Below are positions 40,853 through 49,948 of a stretch of 64,000 nucleotides of DNA, piece by piece. The stretch's first letter is position 1. Every line of letters starts with the position of its first letter. A program made the translations under genes and the position numbers. The stretch covers positions 3,168,001 through 3,232,000 of the forward strand of contig OY762721.1 in NCBI GenBank assembly GCA_963666345.1, given 5' to 3'. Below the pieces are notes generated by a model. The model was not told the origin of the DNA and did not search any database. It worked only from the letters and a program-made list of their open reading frames with translations. This DNA comes from Desulfatiglandales bacterium (GTDB lineage Bacteria > Desulfobacterota > DSM-4660 > Desulfatiglandales > Desulfatiglandaceae).

Positions 40853-41530
40853 AGTCAGTTTCCGTTCAGTTTGGTCCTGTCAATAAGAGTGTGAAGAGAC
40901 TGCCGTGAGACACAAAAAAGCATACAAAAAACAAACGGCAATTTCAATCCCCTTCCGCGCTCTTTCAAGAACGCGAATAAAGAGAAAAAGTACCTGTTTC
41001 CTTTTTTATCCGCCTTTGCAGGAGACCCAGCATTTACCCGTAGGGCTCCATTCGTTTTCAACGATTTCCCAGGCTGTTTCTGTTTTCTCCTTGTCAATAA
41101 GGAACCGTACGCCCTGGTTGTCCTACTGATTCAGCCATAGCATCTGGCGAAATATTTGCTCCGCCTTGGCCTACAGAGCTTTGTGGTATCAGCTGGAATG
41201 CCCGGTTGGACAAAAGAACATGAATCTCTATTATGGGGTTTTTATGCAAATGAAGATTTGAAACTGTTGTGCTCAGCCATTCGCTGTAAAGCTCCAATTT
41301 CTGCAATAATTAGTCGGCTACTGTCCACTGAATGTGTTGATCCCTAAAAGAACCGACCTGTTACACAAGGAAAGCTCGCTCTCTATGTTTTTCTAATGAA
41401 AAGGAGGAAGAACGGCGGTAGCTGGATTGTTTGGTTTTTCACACGCACACTCGAAACCCATAATTTAAGATGGGTTATGCGTGAATGTGTCAAATTAGGC
41501 AGGTAGAGCAACGGTTTTTCTAGGACGAAG

Positions 41531-41597
41531 ACTTTGACTTGACATTCTTGCATATAATCCATAACATTACTATGGGTAATATGGAATAAAGTCAAAG
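41531..41597 (+). promoter_or_regulatory. abiE promoter with nested inverted repeats (probable AbiEi operator)
   Basis: TTGACA-17 nt-TAACAT (41539-41567); CTTTGACTT/AAGTCAAAG, TCCATA/TATGGA and ATTAC/GTAAT inverted pairs. Confidence 0.6.
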
Positions 41598-41606
41598 GTG
41601 CAGTCG

Positions 41607-42413
41607 ATGAAACATGACGCGTTTTTCCGAAAACACCCGGTTTTTAACGGAAAAGAGTTGACCGACCATTTGTCGTCCCTGGGTGATGTAGGCGGACGAG
41701 CGCAGGAGGCACTTCTTGCCTATCACCGGAAGGCCGGTCGGGTTGTCCGGGTGCGACGAGGATTGTATGCCGTTATCCCTCCGGGGGCTGACCCTGATTC
41801 CTATCCGGTGGATCCTTTTCTCGTTGCCGCTAAGTTGACGCCGGATGCGGTGCTGTCGCACCATACCGCGCTCGAGTTCCACGGAAAGGCTTACTCGGTT
41901 TATACGCACCTCACCTACTCGGCATCCCGCCCCATCGGACCTTTGACATTTCGTACGCACGTTTTCCGGGGAGCGAAGTTTCGTCAAGCGCTTCTACTTC
42001 AGGGGAAAGAACATTTCGGTGTTTCGATCGCGGAGCGATCAGGCCAAGAGTTGAGCGTTACAAGCCTTGAACGGACCTTGGTCGATGTGTTGGATCGTCC
42101 AGACCTCTCAGGAAGCTGGGAGGAAATATGGCGGTCGCTTGAGTCCGTCGAATTCTTCGACCTCGACAAGGTCGTGGCGTGTGCACGCCTGCTCGGAAAT
42201 GCGACCACCGGGGCGAAGGTGGGGTTCTTTCTTGATCAGCACCGCAAAACATTAATGGTGGAGGACCGACATCTCAATTTACTTTACGACATGCGCCCAA
42301 GGCAGCCTCATTACATGAACCGTTCAAAGCGGAAATCCGGTCGATTCGTGTCGGAATGGAACCTGGTAGTTCCGAGGGAAGTCCTCGAACGGTCCTGGGG
42401 GGAGGTGTTATGA
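41607..42413 (+). CDS. abiEi: Type IV toxin-antitoxin AbiEi-family antitoxin
   Basis: N-terminal wHTH 'VRVRRGLY', 'LSHHTALEFHG', 'TSLERTLVDVL..P'. Confidence 0.85.
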   Translation: MKHDAFFRKHPVFNGKELTDHLSSLGDVGGRAQEALLAYHRKAGRVVRVRRGLYAVIPPGADPDSYPVDPFLVAAKLTPDAVLSHHTALEFHGKAYSVYTHLTYSASRPIGPLTFRTHVFRGAKFRQALLLQGKEHFGVSIAERSGQELSVTSLERTLVDVLDRPDLSGSWEEIWRSLESVEFFDLDKVVACARLLGNATTGAKVGFFLDQHRKTLMVEDRHLNLLYDMRPRQPHYMNRSKRKSGRFVSEWNLVVPREVLERSWGEVL

Positions 42414-43381
42414 AAATTTCCCCCGAGAAGCTTACAGCCGAAGCGGAGGCGACGGGTTTCAGACCGGAGGAACTCGAAAAAGCCGCTCAACTGTTAGGGC
42501 TGCTGGATGCCTTGAGGAGTCACCCTTTTCTCAAAGACAAGCTGGTACTTAAGGGCGGTACGGCCTTGAACCTCTTCGTCTTTGATGTGCCCCGACTCTC
42601 CGTCGACATCGATCTCAACTATGTGGGAGCCCAAGATCGAGATGGCATGCTCGCTGAGCGTCCCAAGATCGAGCAGGCCGTTAAAGCGGTCTTTGCTCGT
42701 GAGGGTTTCACCGTGAGGCGGATGCCTGAAGAACACGCTGGAGGCAAGTGGTCGTTGCGGTATGAAAACAGCTTCGGCTTGGGCTGTAACCTCGAAGTGG
42801 ATCTCAATTTCATGTTCCGTATCCCTTTGTGGCCGGTGACAATCAGAGACTCTCATTCCGTCGGGTCTTGGCGGGCCACAGAGATTCCCGTACTGGATAA
42901 CCATGAGTTGGCGGCCGGGAAACTGGCTGCACTTCTCTCGCGCAGACAGGCGAGGGACCTGTTTGACGGCCATCGAATTCTCCGATTGGACGACATCGAT
43001 TCTAAACGCCTTCGCACCGGTTTTGTCGTCTACGGCGCAATGAACAGAAAGGATTGGAGAAAAGTCTCTGCCGACGATGTGTGGTTCGATGTCATGGAGT
43101 TGGCCAAGCAGTTGGTTCCCACTCTCCGCGTCAATTCAGCGGAAATCCAAGTGGAAGCAGCCGAATACGGGGAGCAACTGGTAAAAGAATGTCGAGATGG
43201 CCTGTCGGCGGTACTGCCCTTTTCAGACGCTGAGCGGGAATTCCTGGACTTGCTGCTCGACCGAGGGGAAATCAATGCTACGATTCTGACTTCTGATACA
43301 GCCTTGCAGAAACGTATTCAAGGGCAGCCGCTTCTGCAATGGAAGGCCTTTAATGTAAAACGCTACAAGGGACTGGCCTGA
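42410..43381 (+). CDS. abiEii: AbiEii/AbiGii-family nucleotidyltransferase toxin
   Basis: 'KGGTALN', 'RLSVDIDL', 'KLAAL..R...RDLFD'; ATGA overlap with the antitoxin. Confidence 0.9.
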   Translation: MKISPEKLTAEAEATGFRPEELEKAAQLLGLLDALRSHPFLKDKLVLKGGTALNLFVFDVPRLSVDIDLNYVGAQDRDGMLAERPKIEQAVKAVFAREGFTVRRMPEEHAGGKWSLRYENSFGLGCNLEVDLNFMFRIPLWPVTIRDSHSVGSWRATEIPVLDNHELAAGKLAALLSRRQARDLFDGHRILRLDDIDSKRLRTGFVVYGAMNRKDWRKVSADDVWFDVMELAKQLVPTLRVNSAEIQVEAAEYGEQLVKECRDGLSAVLPFSDAEREFLDLLLDRGEINATILTSDTALQKRIQGQPLLQWKAFNVKRYKGLA

Positions 43382-43457
43382 TAAAACATGCCAAAATCGT
43401 AACAATGGTTTTATATGGAAGCAAATAAGTAATTGGTGTGCCCCTGAGTGCATCGAA

Positions 43458-43542
43458 TGGCTCCCCGGGATCTTGGCTTACGCCTTGACTGTCGATACTT
43501 GGCTAATTTATTATTTTACACCTATTCCATCTGCTGCGCGAC
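43458..43542 (-). pseudogene. Degenerate tRNA-Asn copy overlapping the GIY-YIG stop codon
   Basis: Colinear blocks against the real tRNA: GTCGCGCAGCAGATGGAA~GTAGCTCAGTTGGTAGAG, TAGGTG~CAGGTG, TTAGCCA~TTAACCA, TATCGACAGT~TGTCGGCAGT, exact TCCCGGGGAGCCA. Confidence 0.7.
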
Positions 43543-43785
43543 ACTATCAAGAAATAGTGCAACCCCCCGTTTTTTGATCTTCTTTTCAAGTTTCATAGCT
43601 TCAGCCCTATCATCGCACTCAACCAAATGGACTATTTTCCATGGACCTTTGAATCTTTTTGTAGTCTTTGAGAGCTGATACTCAGGGTCATTGTGCTGTG
43701 CAAGTCGGCGGGCAGGATCACTACTGTATCCACAATAGAATCTTCCGGTGGATTCACTTTTGAGGATGTAGACATAGAAGGACAT
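43522..43785 (-). CDS. Small GIY-YIG nuclease family protein
   Basis: 'FYVYIL.S..TGRFYCG...D..RRL.QHN', 'TKR..GPW', 'EA.KLE..IK'. Confidence 0.9.
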   Translation of the reverse strand: MSFYVYILKSESTGRFYCGYSSDPARRLAQHNDPEYQLSKTTKRFKGPWKIVHLVECDDRAEAMKLEKKIKKRGVALFLDSVAQQME

Positions 43786-43805
43786 TGAATAGCCTAAATT
43801 AAAAA

Positions 43806-45154
43806 GGTTCATCCGGCAAATGCCGGGGTAATAATATTGGTTGGTGAATTTACTGTAAAAAGCCATAGAAAAATCGTCGCCAATGGGTTATCTCGTTTCT
43901 GAGCTACGACACTACAGACACGAGAGGAGACCGACAATGGCGACGACAAGCTTTTTGTATCACACAATGGGCCTTAAAGGCTACCGATACATTCGTACCG
44001 AGTATCGTTATGGTGTTGTCTTTTACCATGTAAAACTGAGGAACACCAAACGCAGGTGCAGAAGATGCGGTGCCAGGTGGCGTTATCTCAGAAAAGCAGG
44101 AAAATTTACCAGGGTTTTTCATGCCTTGCCCATTGGCAGAAAGCCACAGAAGATAGTGCTTCATGGGCATGAACAATACTGCCGGCATTGTGGACGTATA
44201 TTGAGGGAACCCATTAAATTTGCCAGAGGGAAAAAGCGTTCTTTGAGATGTTTTGATCGATTTATCGTTGATCTGTGCACTATTGCTACCATCAAGGCAG
44301 TGGCTGCGTTCCTTGGGGTTGGATGGGATCTGGTTAAAGGCATCTTCAAGGAAGATCTTAAAAAGCGCTTGAGCAGACGAAAGCTGAGAAGAGTCCGCTA
44401 CATTGCGGTTGATGAGTTTGCTCTTCGAAAGGGGCATCATTACATGACTGTGGTCATGGATCTTGAAACCGGACAGATCCTTTATGCTGAGAAGGGCAAG
44501 GATGCACAGGCCTTGATCCCTTTTCTCAAAACGCTGCGCAGGAGAAGAATAAAACTCATGGCAGTGGCAATGGACATGTCCCCGGCCTACATGAATGCTG
44601 TTAAGGAAGTATTCCCCAATGTTGATATCGTACACGATCCTTACCATGTGGTGGTTAATGTCAACAAGGCTATTGATGAAACCAGGAAAAATATTTACCG
44701 CACCATGACAGGCAAGCAGCGTGGCATCATTAAAGGATCGAGGTTTTTGCTGCTCAGACCGCTAGAGGCTTTAAGTGAGGCCTCACTTTCAAAGCTTTCT
44801 GCTATTATGGAAATCAATGAGCCGCTGTATAAAGCATATATACTGAAAGAAGAACTTCGCTGGTTCTGGAATCTACCGAATGCATGGTTAGGTGAGCAAT
44901 TCTTGGATAACTGGATCAAGGAAGCATACGAAACAGGTATCAAAAGCTTCATAAAGCTGGCTGATTCACTGCTGCGACACAAACCAGGTTTGTTATCATA
45001 TTTTGCTCACCGTATCTCCACTGGTCCACTTGAGGGCCTTAACAACAAAATCAAAGTGCTCAAACGACAAGCATATGGTTTCAGAGACAACGAGTATTTT
45101 AAACTACGTCTCTACTTCTTACATAATGACACCCCGGCATTTGCCGGATGAACC
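43806..45154 (+). mobile_element. Intact ISL3-family insertion sequence (1349 bp)
   Basis: Perfect 24-bp terminal inverted repeats GGTTCATCCGGCAAATGCCGGGGT; 8-bp target duplication ATTAAAAA (43798-43805 and 45155-45162). Confidence 0.95.
43937..45151 (+). CDS. ISL3-family transposase
   Basis: Zn finger CRRC/CRHC, 'AVDEF', 'AMDM', 'DPYHV', 'EGLNNKIK..KR.AYGF'; stop codon lies in the right IR. Confidence 0.95.
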   Translation: MATTSFLYHTMGLKGYRYIRTEYRYGVVFYHVKLRNTKRRCRRCGARWRYLRKAGKFTRVFHALPIGRKPQKIVLHGHEQYCRHCGRILREPIKFARGKKRSLRCFDRFIVDLCTIATIKAVAAFLGVGWDLVKGIFKEDLKKRLSRRKLRRVRYIAVDEFALRKGHHYMTVVMDLETGQILYAEKGKDAQALIPFLKTLRRRRIKLMAVAMDMSPAYMNAVKEVFPNVDIVHDPYHVVVNVNKAIDETRKNIYRTMTGKQRGIIKGSRFLLLRPLEALSEASLSKLSAIMEINEPLYKAYILKEELRWFWNLPNAWLGEQFLDNWIKEAYETGIKSFIKLADSLLRHKPGLLSYFAHRISTGPLEGLNNKIKVLKRQAYGFRDNEYFKLRLYFLHNDTPAFAG

Positions 45155-45157
45155 ATT

Positions 45158-45190
45158 AAAAAAGGCTCAACCTGAAAAGATCGAGCCTTA
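45158..45190 (-). terminator. Terminator downstream of tRNA-Asn
   Basis: Minus strand AAGGCTC..GAGCCTTTTTT; ISL3 inserted at its T tract. Confidence 0.65.
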
Positions 45191-45197
45191 TTTATTC

Positions 45198-45273
45198 TGG
45201 CTCCCCGGGACAGACTCGAACTGCCGACAGGGTGGTTAACAGCCACCTGCTCTACCAACTGAGCTACCGGGGA
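45198..45273 (-). tRNA. tRNA-Asn (GTT)
   Basis: 76-nt cloverleaf TCCCCGGTAGCTCAGTTGGTAGAGCAGGTGGCTGTTAACCACCCTGTCGGCAGTTCGAGTCTGTCCCGGGGAGCCA with encoded CCA. Confidence 0.97.
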
Positions 45274-45296
45274 ATAACTTCCTCATCCCGTTAGCC

Positions 45297-45350
45297 GGGT
45301 GGTTAATCCCGCCTTCGGCGGGACTCTACCAACTGAGCTACCGGGGAATA
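45297..45350 (-). pseudogene. 5' half copy of tRNA-Asn with a REP-like hairpin replacing part of the anticodon arm
   Basis: 45324-45350 is identical to 45250-45276; then TCCCGCCGAAGGCGGGA in place of CAGGTGGCTG; then TTAACCACCC as in the tRNA. Confidence 0.85.
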
Positions 45351-45507
45351 TGATGCAAAATAAACATCCCTCTTAACAAAACCGTATATTATGGTCAAGA
45401 AATATTTTCGATATTTTTTTGCTTCCCCTAGTTCCTTGACAGGGACACCTGTTACCTTTATTTAATTTAAATTAAATCTCATTTTCAAGAAATAAAGGAT
45501 TTATCTC

Positions 45508-47412
45508 ATGAAGCAGATCATACTGGGCACGGCGGGTCATATCGATCATGGAAAGACCTCTCTTATAAAGGCGCTTACCGGAATCGACACAGACAGGTTG
45601 AAAGAGGAAAAGGCAAGGGGCATAACCATTGAACTGGGGTTTTCACACCTGGAGCTGCCCGGTGGCATGCTCCTGGGCATAGTGGACGTGCCGGGACACG
45701 AGAAATTCGTGAAAAACATGGTGGCGGGCGCGACCGGTATAGACCTCGTGGCCCTGGTTATCGCCGCTGATGAGGGGGTGATGCCCCAGACAAAGGAACA
45801 CCTGGAGATATGCCAGCTCCTGGATATCCGGTATGGCCTGGTGGTATTGACCAAGATAGATATGGTCGATGAGGAATGGCTTGATCTTGTGAAAGAGGAT
45901 GTAAGGGAATATCTCTCAAATACCTTTCTGGCCGATGCCCCAGTGGTGGAGGTGTCTTCCGTGACAGGCCGGGGGCTTGATGAAATGGTCGATGTCCTTG
46001 ACTCCCTGGTCAGCGGGATCCCCGAAAAAGATACGGGACACCTGTATCGGCTTCCGATCGACCGGGTTTTTACCATGAAGGGATTCGGCACGGTTATAAC
46101 GGGAACCAGTATCTCGGGAGAAATCGGAAACGGCGAAGATGTAACCATATACCCGCAGGAGATAAGCTCACGCATAAGGGGCCTTCAGGTTCACAACAAG
46201 GAGGTCGAGAAGGCGCATGCAGGCCTGAGAACGGCCGTTAATCTTCAGGGCCTTGAGAAGGAGGCTATCCGCAGGGGAGACGTGCTTGCATCAAAGGGCT
46301 CGTTACGGAAGACCATGATGATGGATGTAACTCTTGATCTTCTCCCAGCTGCCGCACGCAAGTTGAAGAACAGGGCAAAGGCACGTTTCCACACCGGGAC
46401 ATCGGAGATTATCTCCACGGTAGTTCTTCTTGACAGGGATGAACTGGCGCAGGGTGAGTCCTGTTTCGCGCAGATAAGGCTCAATGAACCGACCGCGGTG
46501 TTAAGAAATGACAGATTCGTGCTCAGGAGTTATTCCCCTGTCAGGACCATCGGCGGAGGTGTGATATTGAATCCACTTCCGAGAAAAAAGAAACGCTTTT
46601 CCGAAAGGGTGCTTTCCGAGATGGAGATCCTTAACAGCGGCGATACGAACAATATTATAAAATTATTTGTGGCTGAAGGCCGTTTTCAGGGTATTTCAAA
46701 GGGGGAGCTTTCCTTTCTCGTAAACATGAGCAGAAAAAAGCTTGAAGAGGCAGTCAAACCTCTTTTGGCAAAAAAGAGCCTGATCCTTTATAACAAGGAG
46801 GGGGAACTGCTGATCCACAGGGATCTTTACGATACCGCGGTCAATCAGATACTGGAGACGCTGGCTGATTATCACAAGAAATATCCATTAAAGGCGGGAC
46901 TTCAGAAGGAGGAACTGCGTTCAAGGACCGCCGGGGCAAAGAATCAGAGGCTCTTTGTCTCTCTGGTAAACAGGCTCATCAAGGACGGTACCCTGGTGCA
47001 GGAAAAAGAGAGCCTGCGCCTTAAAGAACACAGGGTCACCCTGGCCGCGGACCAGGAAAAGACCAGAAAAGAGATCAAGGAGATCTACAGAAAAAGCGGT
47101 CTTCAGCCTCCCTATTTCAAGGAGATAAAGGAGCGGTTCGCGGGGAGCACCGGACCTGAGGTCCTCGAATTCATGGTAAAGGACGGTGTGCTTGTCAAGG
47201 TGAAGGAGGATCTGTATTTTTATAAGGAAAGTGTTGGTCAGCTGGAAAAAAAGCTTGTTGATTTTCTAAGGGAAAAGGGCGAGATCACAACACCTCAGTT
47301 CAAGGAGATGACCGGGATTTCAAGGAAGTACACCATCCCTCTTATCGAATACTTTGACCGATGCCAGCTGACGGTAAGGGTAGGCGACAACAGGGTCCTT
47401 CGAAAGAGGTAG
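45508..47412 (+). CDS. selB: Selenocysteine-specific translation elongation factor
   Basis: [37 protein letters not shown]-terminal winged helices ending SRKY.IPL.EY.D. Confidence 0.97.
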   Translation: MKQIILGTAGHIDHGKTSLIKALTGIDTDRLKEEKARGITIELGFSHLELPGGMLLGIVDVPGHEKFVKNMVAGATGIDLVALVIAADEGVMPQTKEHLEICQLLDIRYGLVVLTKIDMVDEEWLDLVKEDVREYLSNTFLADAPVVEVSSVTGRGLDEMVDVLDSLVSGIPEKDTGHLYRLPIDRVFTMKGFGTVITGTSISGEIGNGEDVTIYPQEISSRIRGLQVHNKEVEKAHAGLRTAVNLQGLEKEAIRRGDVLASKGSLRKTMMMDVTLDLLPAAARKLKNRAKARFHTGTSEIISTVVLLDRDELAQGESCFAQIRLNEPTAVLRNDRFVLRSYSPVRTIGGGVILNPLPRKKKRFSERVLSEMEILNSGDTNNIIKLFVAEGRFQGISKGELSFLVNMSRKKLEEAVKPLLAKKSLILYNKEGELLIHRDLYDTAVNQILETLADYHKKYPLKAGLQKEELRSRTAGAKNQRLFVSLVNRLIKDGTLVQEKESLRLKEHRVTLAADQEKTRKEIKEIYRKSGLQPPYFKEIKERFAGSTGPEVLEFMVKDGVLVKVKEDLYFYKESVGQLEKKLVDFLREKGEITTPQFKEMTGISRKYTIPLIEYFDRCQLTVRVGDNRVLRKR

Positions 47413-47420
47413 CTTCGGAC

Positions 47421-48182
47421 ATGAAAAAACAGGACCTGTCTTCCTTTCTTGATCTTGGGGCAAGGGAGCATATCGCCATAGTCGGGGCCGGAGGCAAGAC
47501 AAGCCTGCTCTTTGCCCTTGCAGAGGAGTTGGAAAGTAAGGGCAGCAAGGTCATTACCACTACCACCACAAAGGTGCGGCTGAGTGAAGCGGAAAAGGCC
47601 CCTGTCTTGGTCCTCAGGGGTGATTGCACCCGCTTTGAGGAAAAGGTAGGGGCAGGGATTAAGAGGAGCGGCCATATTTTTTTGGGTGAAACGCTCCTTT
47701 CATCGCGTAAGATAAAGGGTATCGAACCTTTTGTCGCAGACATGATTTTCAGGGAGGAGTTGTCAGACTATCTCCTGGTAGAGGCTGACGGTGCGGCAGG
47801 CATGTCCCTGAAGGCTCATTCGCTTAACGAGCCGGTGATACCCTTATCCGTGACCATGGTTATAGCCCTTATGGGTCTTGAGGTGCTCGGCAGGCCGTTT
47901 TCTCATGAGCTGGTATTCAGGGCAGAGATCTTTCAGGAGCTGACCGGCATAAATAAGGGTGAGCCTGTTACCCCTGAATTGCTTTCAGGACTTTTCAATT
48001 CAGGCAAAGGACCCTTTAAGGGTTCTCCCAAAGGGGCAAAAAGGATCGTTTTTCTAAACAAGCTGGATCTTTCAGGGGATGCCGGCAAGGCGGACGTCCT
48101 GGCGCAAAGGATACTTGATGATCCTTCAGGTGGTATTGACAGGGTTATAACGGGTTCCTTGAAAAACGGTTCATACAGCTAA
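47421..48182 (+). CDS. yqeC: Selenium cofactor biosynthesis protein YqeC
   Basis: VGAGGKTS, TTTTK, VEADGA...LKAH...EP.IP, FLNK. Confidence 0.9.
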   Translation: MKKQDLSSFLDLGAREHIAIVGAGGKTSLLFALAEELESKGSKVITTTTTKVRLSEAEKAPVLVLRGDCTRFEEKVGAGIKRSGHIFLGETLLSSRKIKGIEPFVADMIFREELSDYLLVEADGAAGMSLKAHSLNEPVIPLSVTMVIALMGLEVLGRPFSHELVFRAEIFQELTGINKGEPVTPELLSGLFNSGKGPFKGSPKGAKRIVFLNKLDLSGDAGKADVLAQRILDDPSGGIDRVITGSLKNGSYS

Positions 48183-48193
48183 AAGGTTCGTGC

Positions 48194-49258
48194 GTGATGA
48201 AGGCGATATTTAAAAGGCTGATAGAAATTTCTGAAAATAAGATGTCCTGTGTCCTTGGCACCATCATCCGGCAGGCGGGGTCTTCGCCCAGGGGTGAAGG
48301 TGCAAAGTTTTTGATAATGGAGGATGGCTCGTTTGAAGGGACCATAGGGGGTGGCGCGGTAGAGGCCAAGGCCCTTTCGGAGGCAGAGGGGGTCCTTAAG
48401 AGCGGAAGGTCCGTACGGCTCAATTTCCATCTTGACGGTACCGACGTGGAATCAACAGAGATGCTTTGCGGCGGGGCGGTGGAAGTGCTTCTCGAGCCTT
48501 TGGATCCTGCGGGTCCCCATGTTTCAGTCTTAAAGAAGGCCCTTGAGGTGATCGGGCAGGGAGGCTCAGGCATCCTTCTGACGGCCCTTGATCAGGACCT
48601 GTCCGCCGGAGGCTTTTGTCCCAGGCTGTTTATCGATAAAACAGGGGAAAAGAGAGGTAACCTGGGGCTTTCCGAGGCTTTGGAGGAGTCCCTGTCGGGA
48701 TATCTATCCGGCATACTTGAGACTGGACAGCCCGGGATTATTTCAGCCCCGATCGGAGGCGGCATGGGGATGGAGTTTTTTGCCGAGCCGGTAAGAGGTA
48801 AACCGATCCTTTTTATTTTTGGTGCCGGACATGTCGCAAGGCAGGTTGTACCTCTTGCAGAAAAGGTGGGTTTCAAGGCTTTCGTCCTGGATGACAGGCC
48901 TGAGTTTGCGGACGGCAGATTCTTCGGAAAACAAACCGAGGTGAGAGTGGTCTCTTATGATTGCGCTCTTGAAGGCATTAACATCCATGAGGATGCCTTT
49001 GTCGTAATAGTCACCAGGGGACATCTGGGGGACAAAACGGTGCTTGCCCAGGTGCTTAAGACCGATGCAGGCTATATAGGAATGATCGGAAGTGCCGGGA
49101 AAAGGGATGCGATTTTCGGAAAACTCATTGAAAAGGGCTTTTCAAAGAACGATCTTGAAAGGGTTTACTGCCCGATCGGAATCGAGATAGGCGCGGATAC
49201 ACCGGAGGAGATCGCAGTAAGCATTGTGGCGGAACTGATAAAAGTGAGGCGGGGGTAA
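48194..49258 (+). CDS. xdhC: XdhC/CoxI family molybdenum hydroxylase accessory protein
   Basis: GSSPR..GA, GTIGGG..E, CGG, FGAGHV, TRGH..D, YIGMIGS, TPEEIAVSI.AE. Confidence 0.93.
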   Translation: MMKAIFKRLIEISENKMSCVLGTIIRQAGSSPRGEGAKFLIMEDGSFEGTIGGGAVEAKALSEAEGVLKSGRSVRLNFHLDGTDVESTEMLCGGAVEVLLEPLDPAGPHVSVLKKALEVIGQGGSGILLTALDQDLSAGGFCPRLFIDKTGEKRGNLGLSEALEESLSGYLSGILETGQPGIISAPIGGGMGMEFFAEPVRGKPILFIFGAGHVARQVVPLAEKVGFKAFVLDDRPEFADGRFFGKQTEVRVVSYDCALEGINIHEDAFVVIVTRGHLGDKTVLAQVLKTDAGYIGMIGSAGKRDAIFGKLIEKGFSKNDLERVYCPIGIEIGADTPEEIAVSIVAELIKVRRG

Positions 49259-49286
49259 GCAAAATCCAATCGGGGGATCTTATAAG

Positions 49287-49931
49287 ATGGAGCATGAATA
49301 CAGGAAATGGCTGTGGGAGGAACTTTCAAAAAAATGTATAAAAAACCTCAAAAGGCATGAATTCGACGCCCATTTCACACAAACCGCGGAAGAGGCCTTA
49401 GGGCTGATAAAGGAAATGGTTTCAGGGTATGAGACTTTCGGTTTTGGAGGTGCAGACACCACCAGGGAGATAGGCCTGGTTGAATCCTTGAAGAAGATGG
49501 GTAAGACAGTATATGACCATTGGGAAAAGGGCCTCGGCGCGGAAGAGATAGCTGAGATAAGGCTCAATCAGGGAAGATGCGACTGCTTTTTCTGCAGCGC
49601 AAACGCTGTTTCGGCAACAGGCGAGATAGTCAATGTGGACGGAATCGGAAACAGGACCGCGGCCATGAGTTTCGGACCCAAGAAGGTCGTAATCGTGGCA
49701 GGTATGAACAAGGTGACCCGGGACCTTGGCTCAGCCCTTAACAGGGTAAAGGAGGTGGCCGGTCCCATGAGGGCGAAGAGCCTTGACAGGGATACCCCCT
49801 GCGCCAAGACGGGCGAGTGTTCTGACTGCAATTCCGCCCAGAGGATATGCAGGATAACCACGATCCTTCACAGAAGGCCGATGATGACGGACACGACCGT
49901 GGTCCTGATAAATCAGCAACTCGGTTTTTAG
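49287..49931 (+). CDS. LUD-domain (lactate utilisation/DUF1121-like) protein
   Basis: 'SANA....G.IVNVDG.GNR', 'GP..V..VAGMNK', Cys-rich 'PC...G.C.DC....RIC'. Confidence 0.85.
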   Translation: MEHEYRKWLWEELSKKCIKNLKRHEFDAHFTQTAEEALGLIKEMVSGYETFGFGGADTTREIGLVESLKKMGKTVYDHWEKGLGAEEIAEIRLNQGRCDCFFCSANAVSATGEIVNVDGIGNRTAAMSFGPKKVVIVAGMNKVTRDLGSALNRVKEVAGPMRAKSLDRDTPCAKTGECSDCNSAQRICRITTILHRRPMMTDTTVVLINQQLGF

Positions 49932-49948
49932 GATTGAATCGACAGCCT

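Noticed and set aside
41230..41340. 'IIAEIGALQR' resembling an IS110 transposase fragment
   Set aside because: Match too short, and flanks lack other IS110 motifs
43786..43866. N-terminal extension of the GIY-YIG ORF given in the ORF track
   Set aside because: It reads through the ISL3 left end; the family start matches MSFYVYIL at 43785
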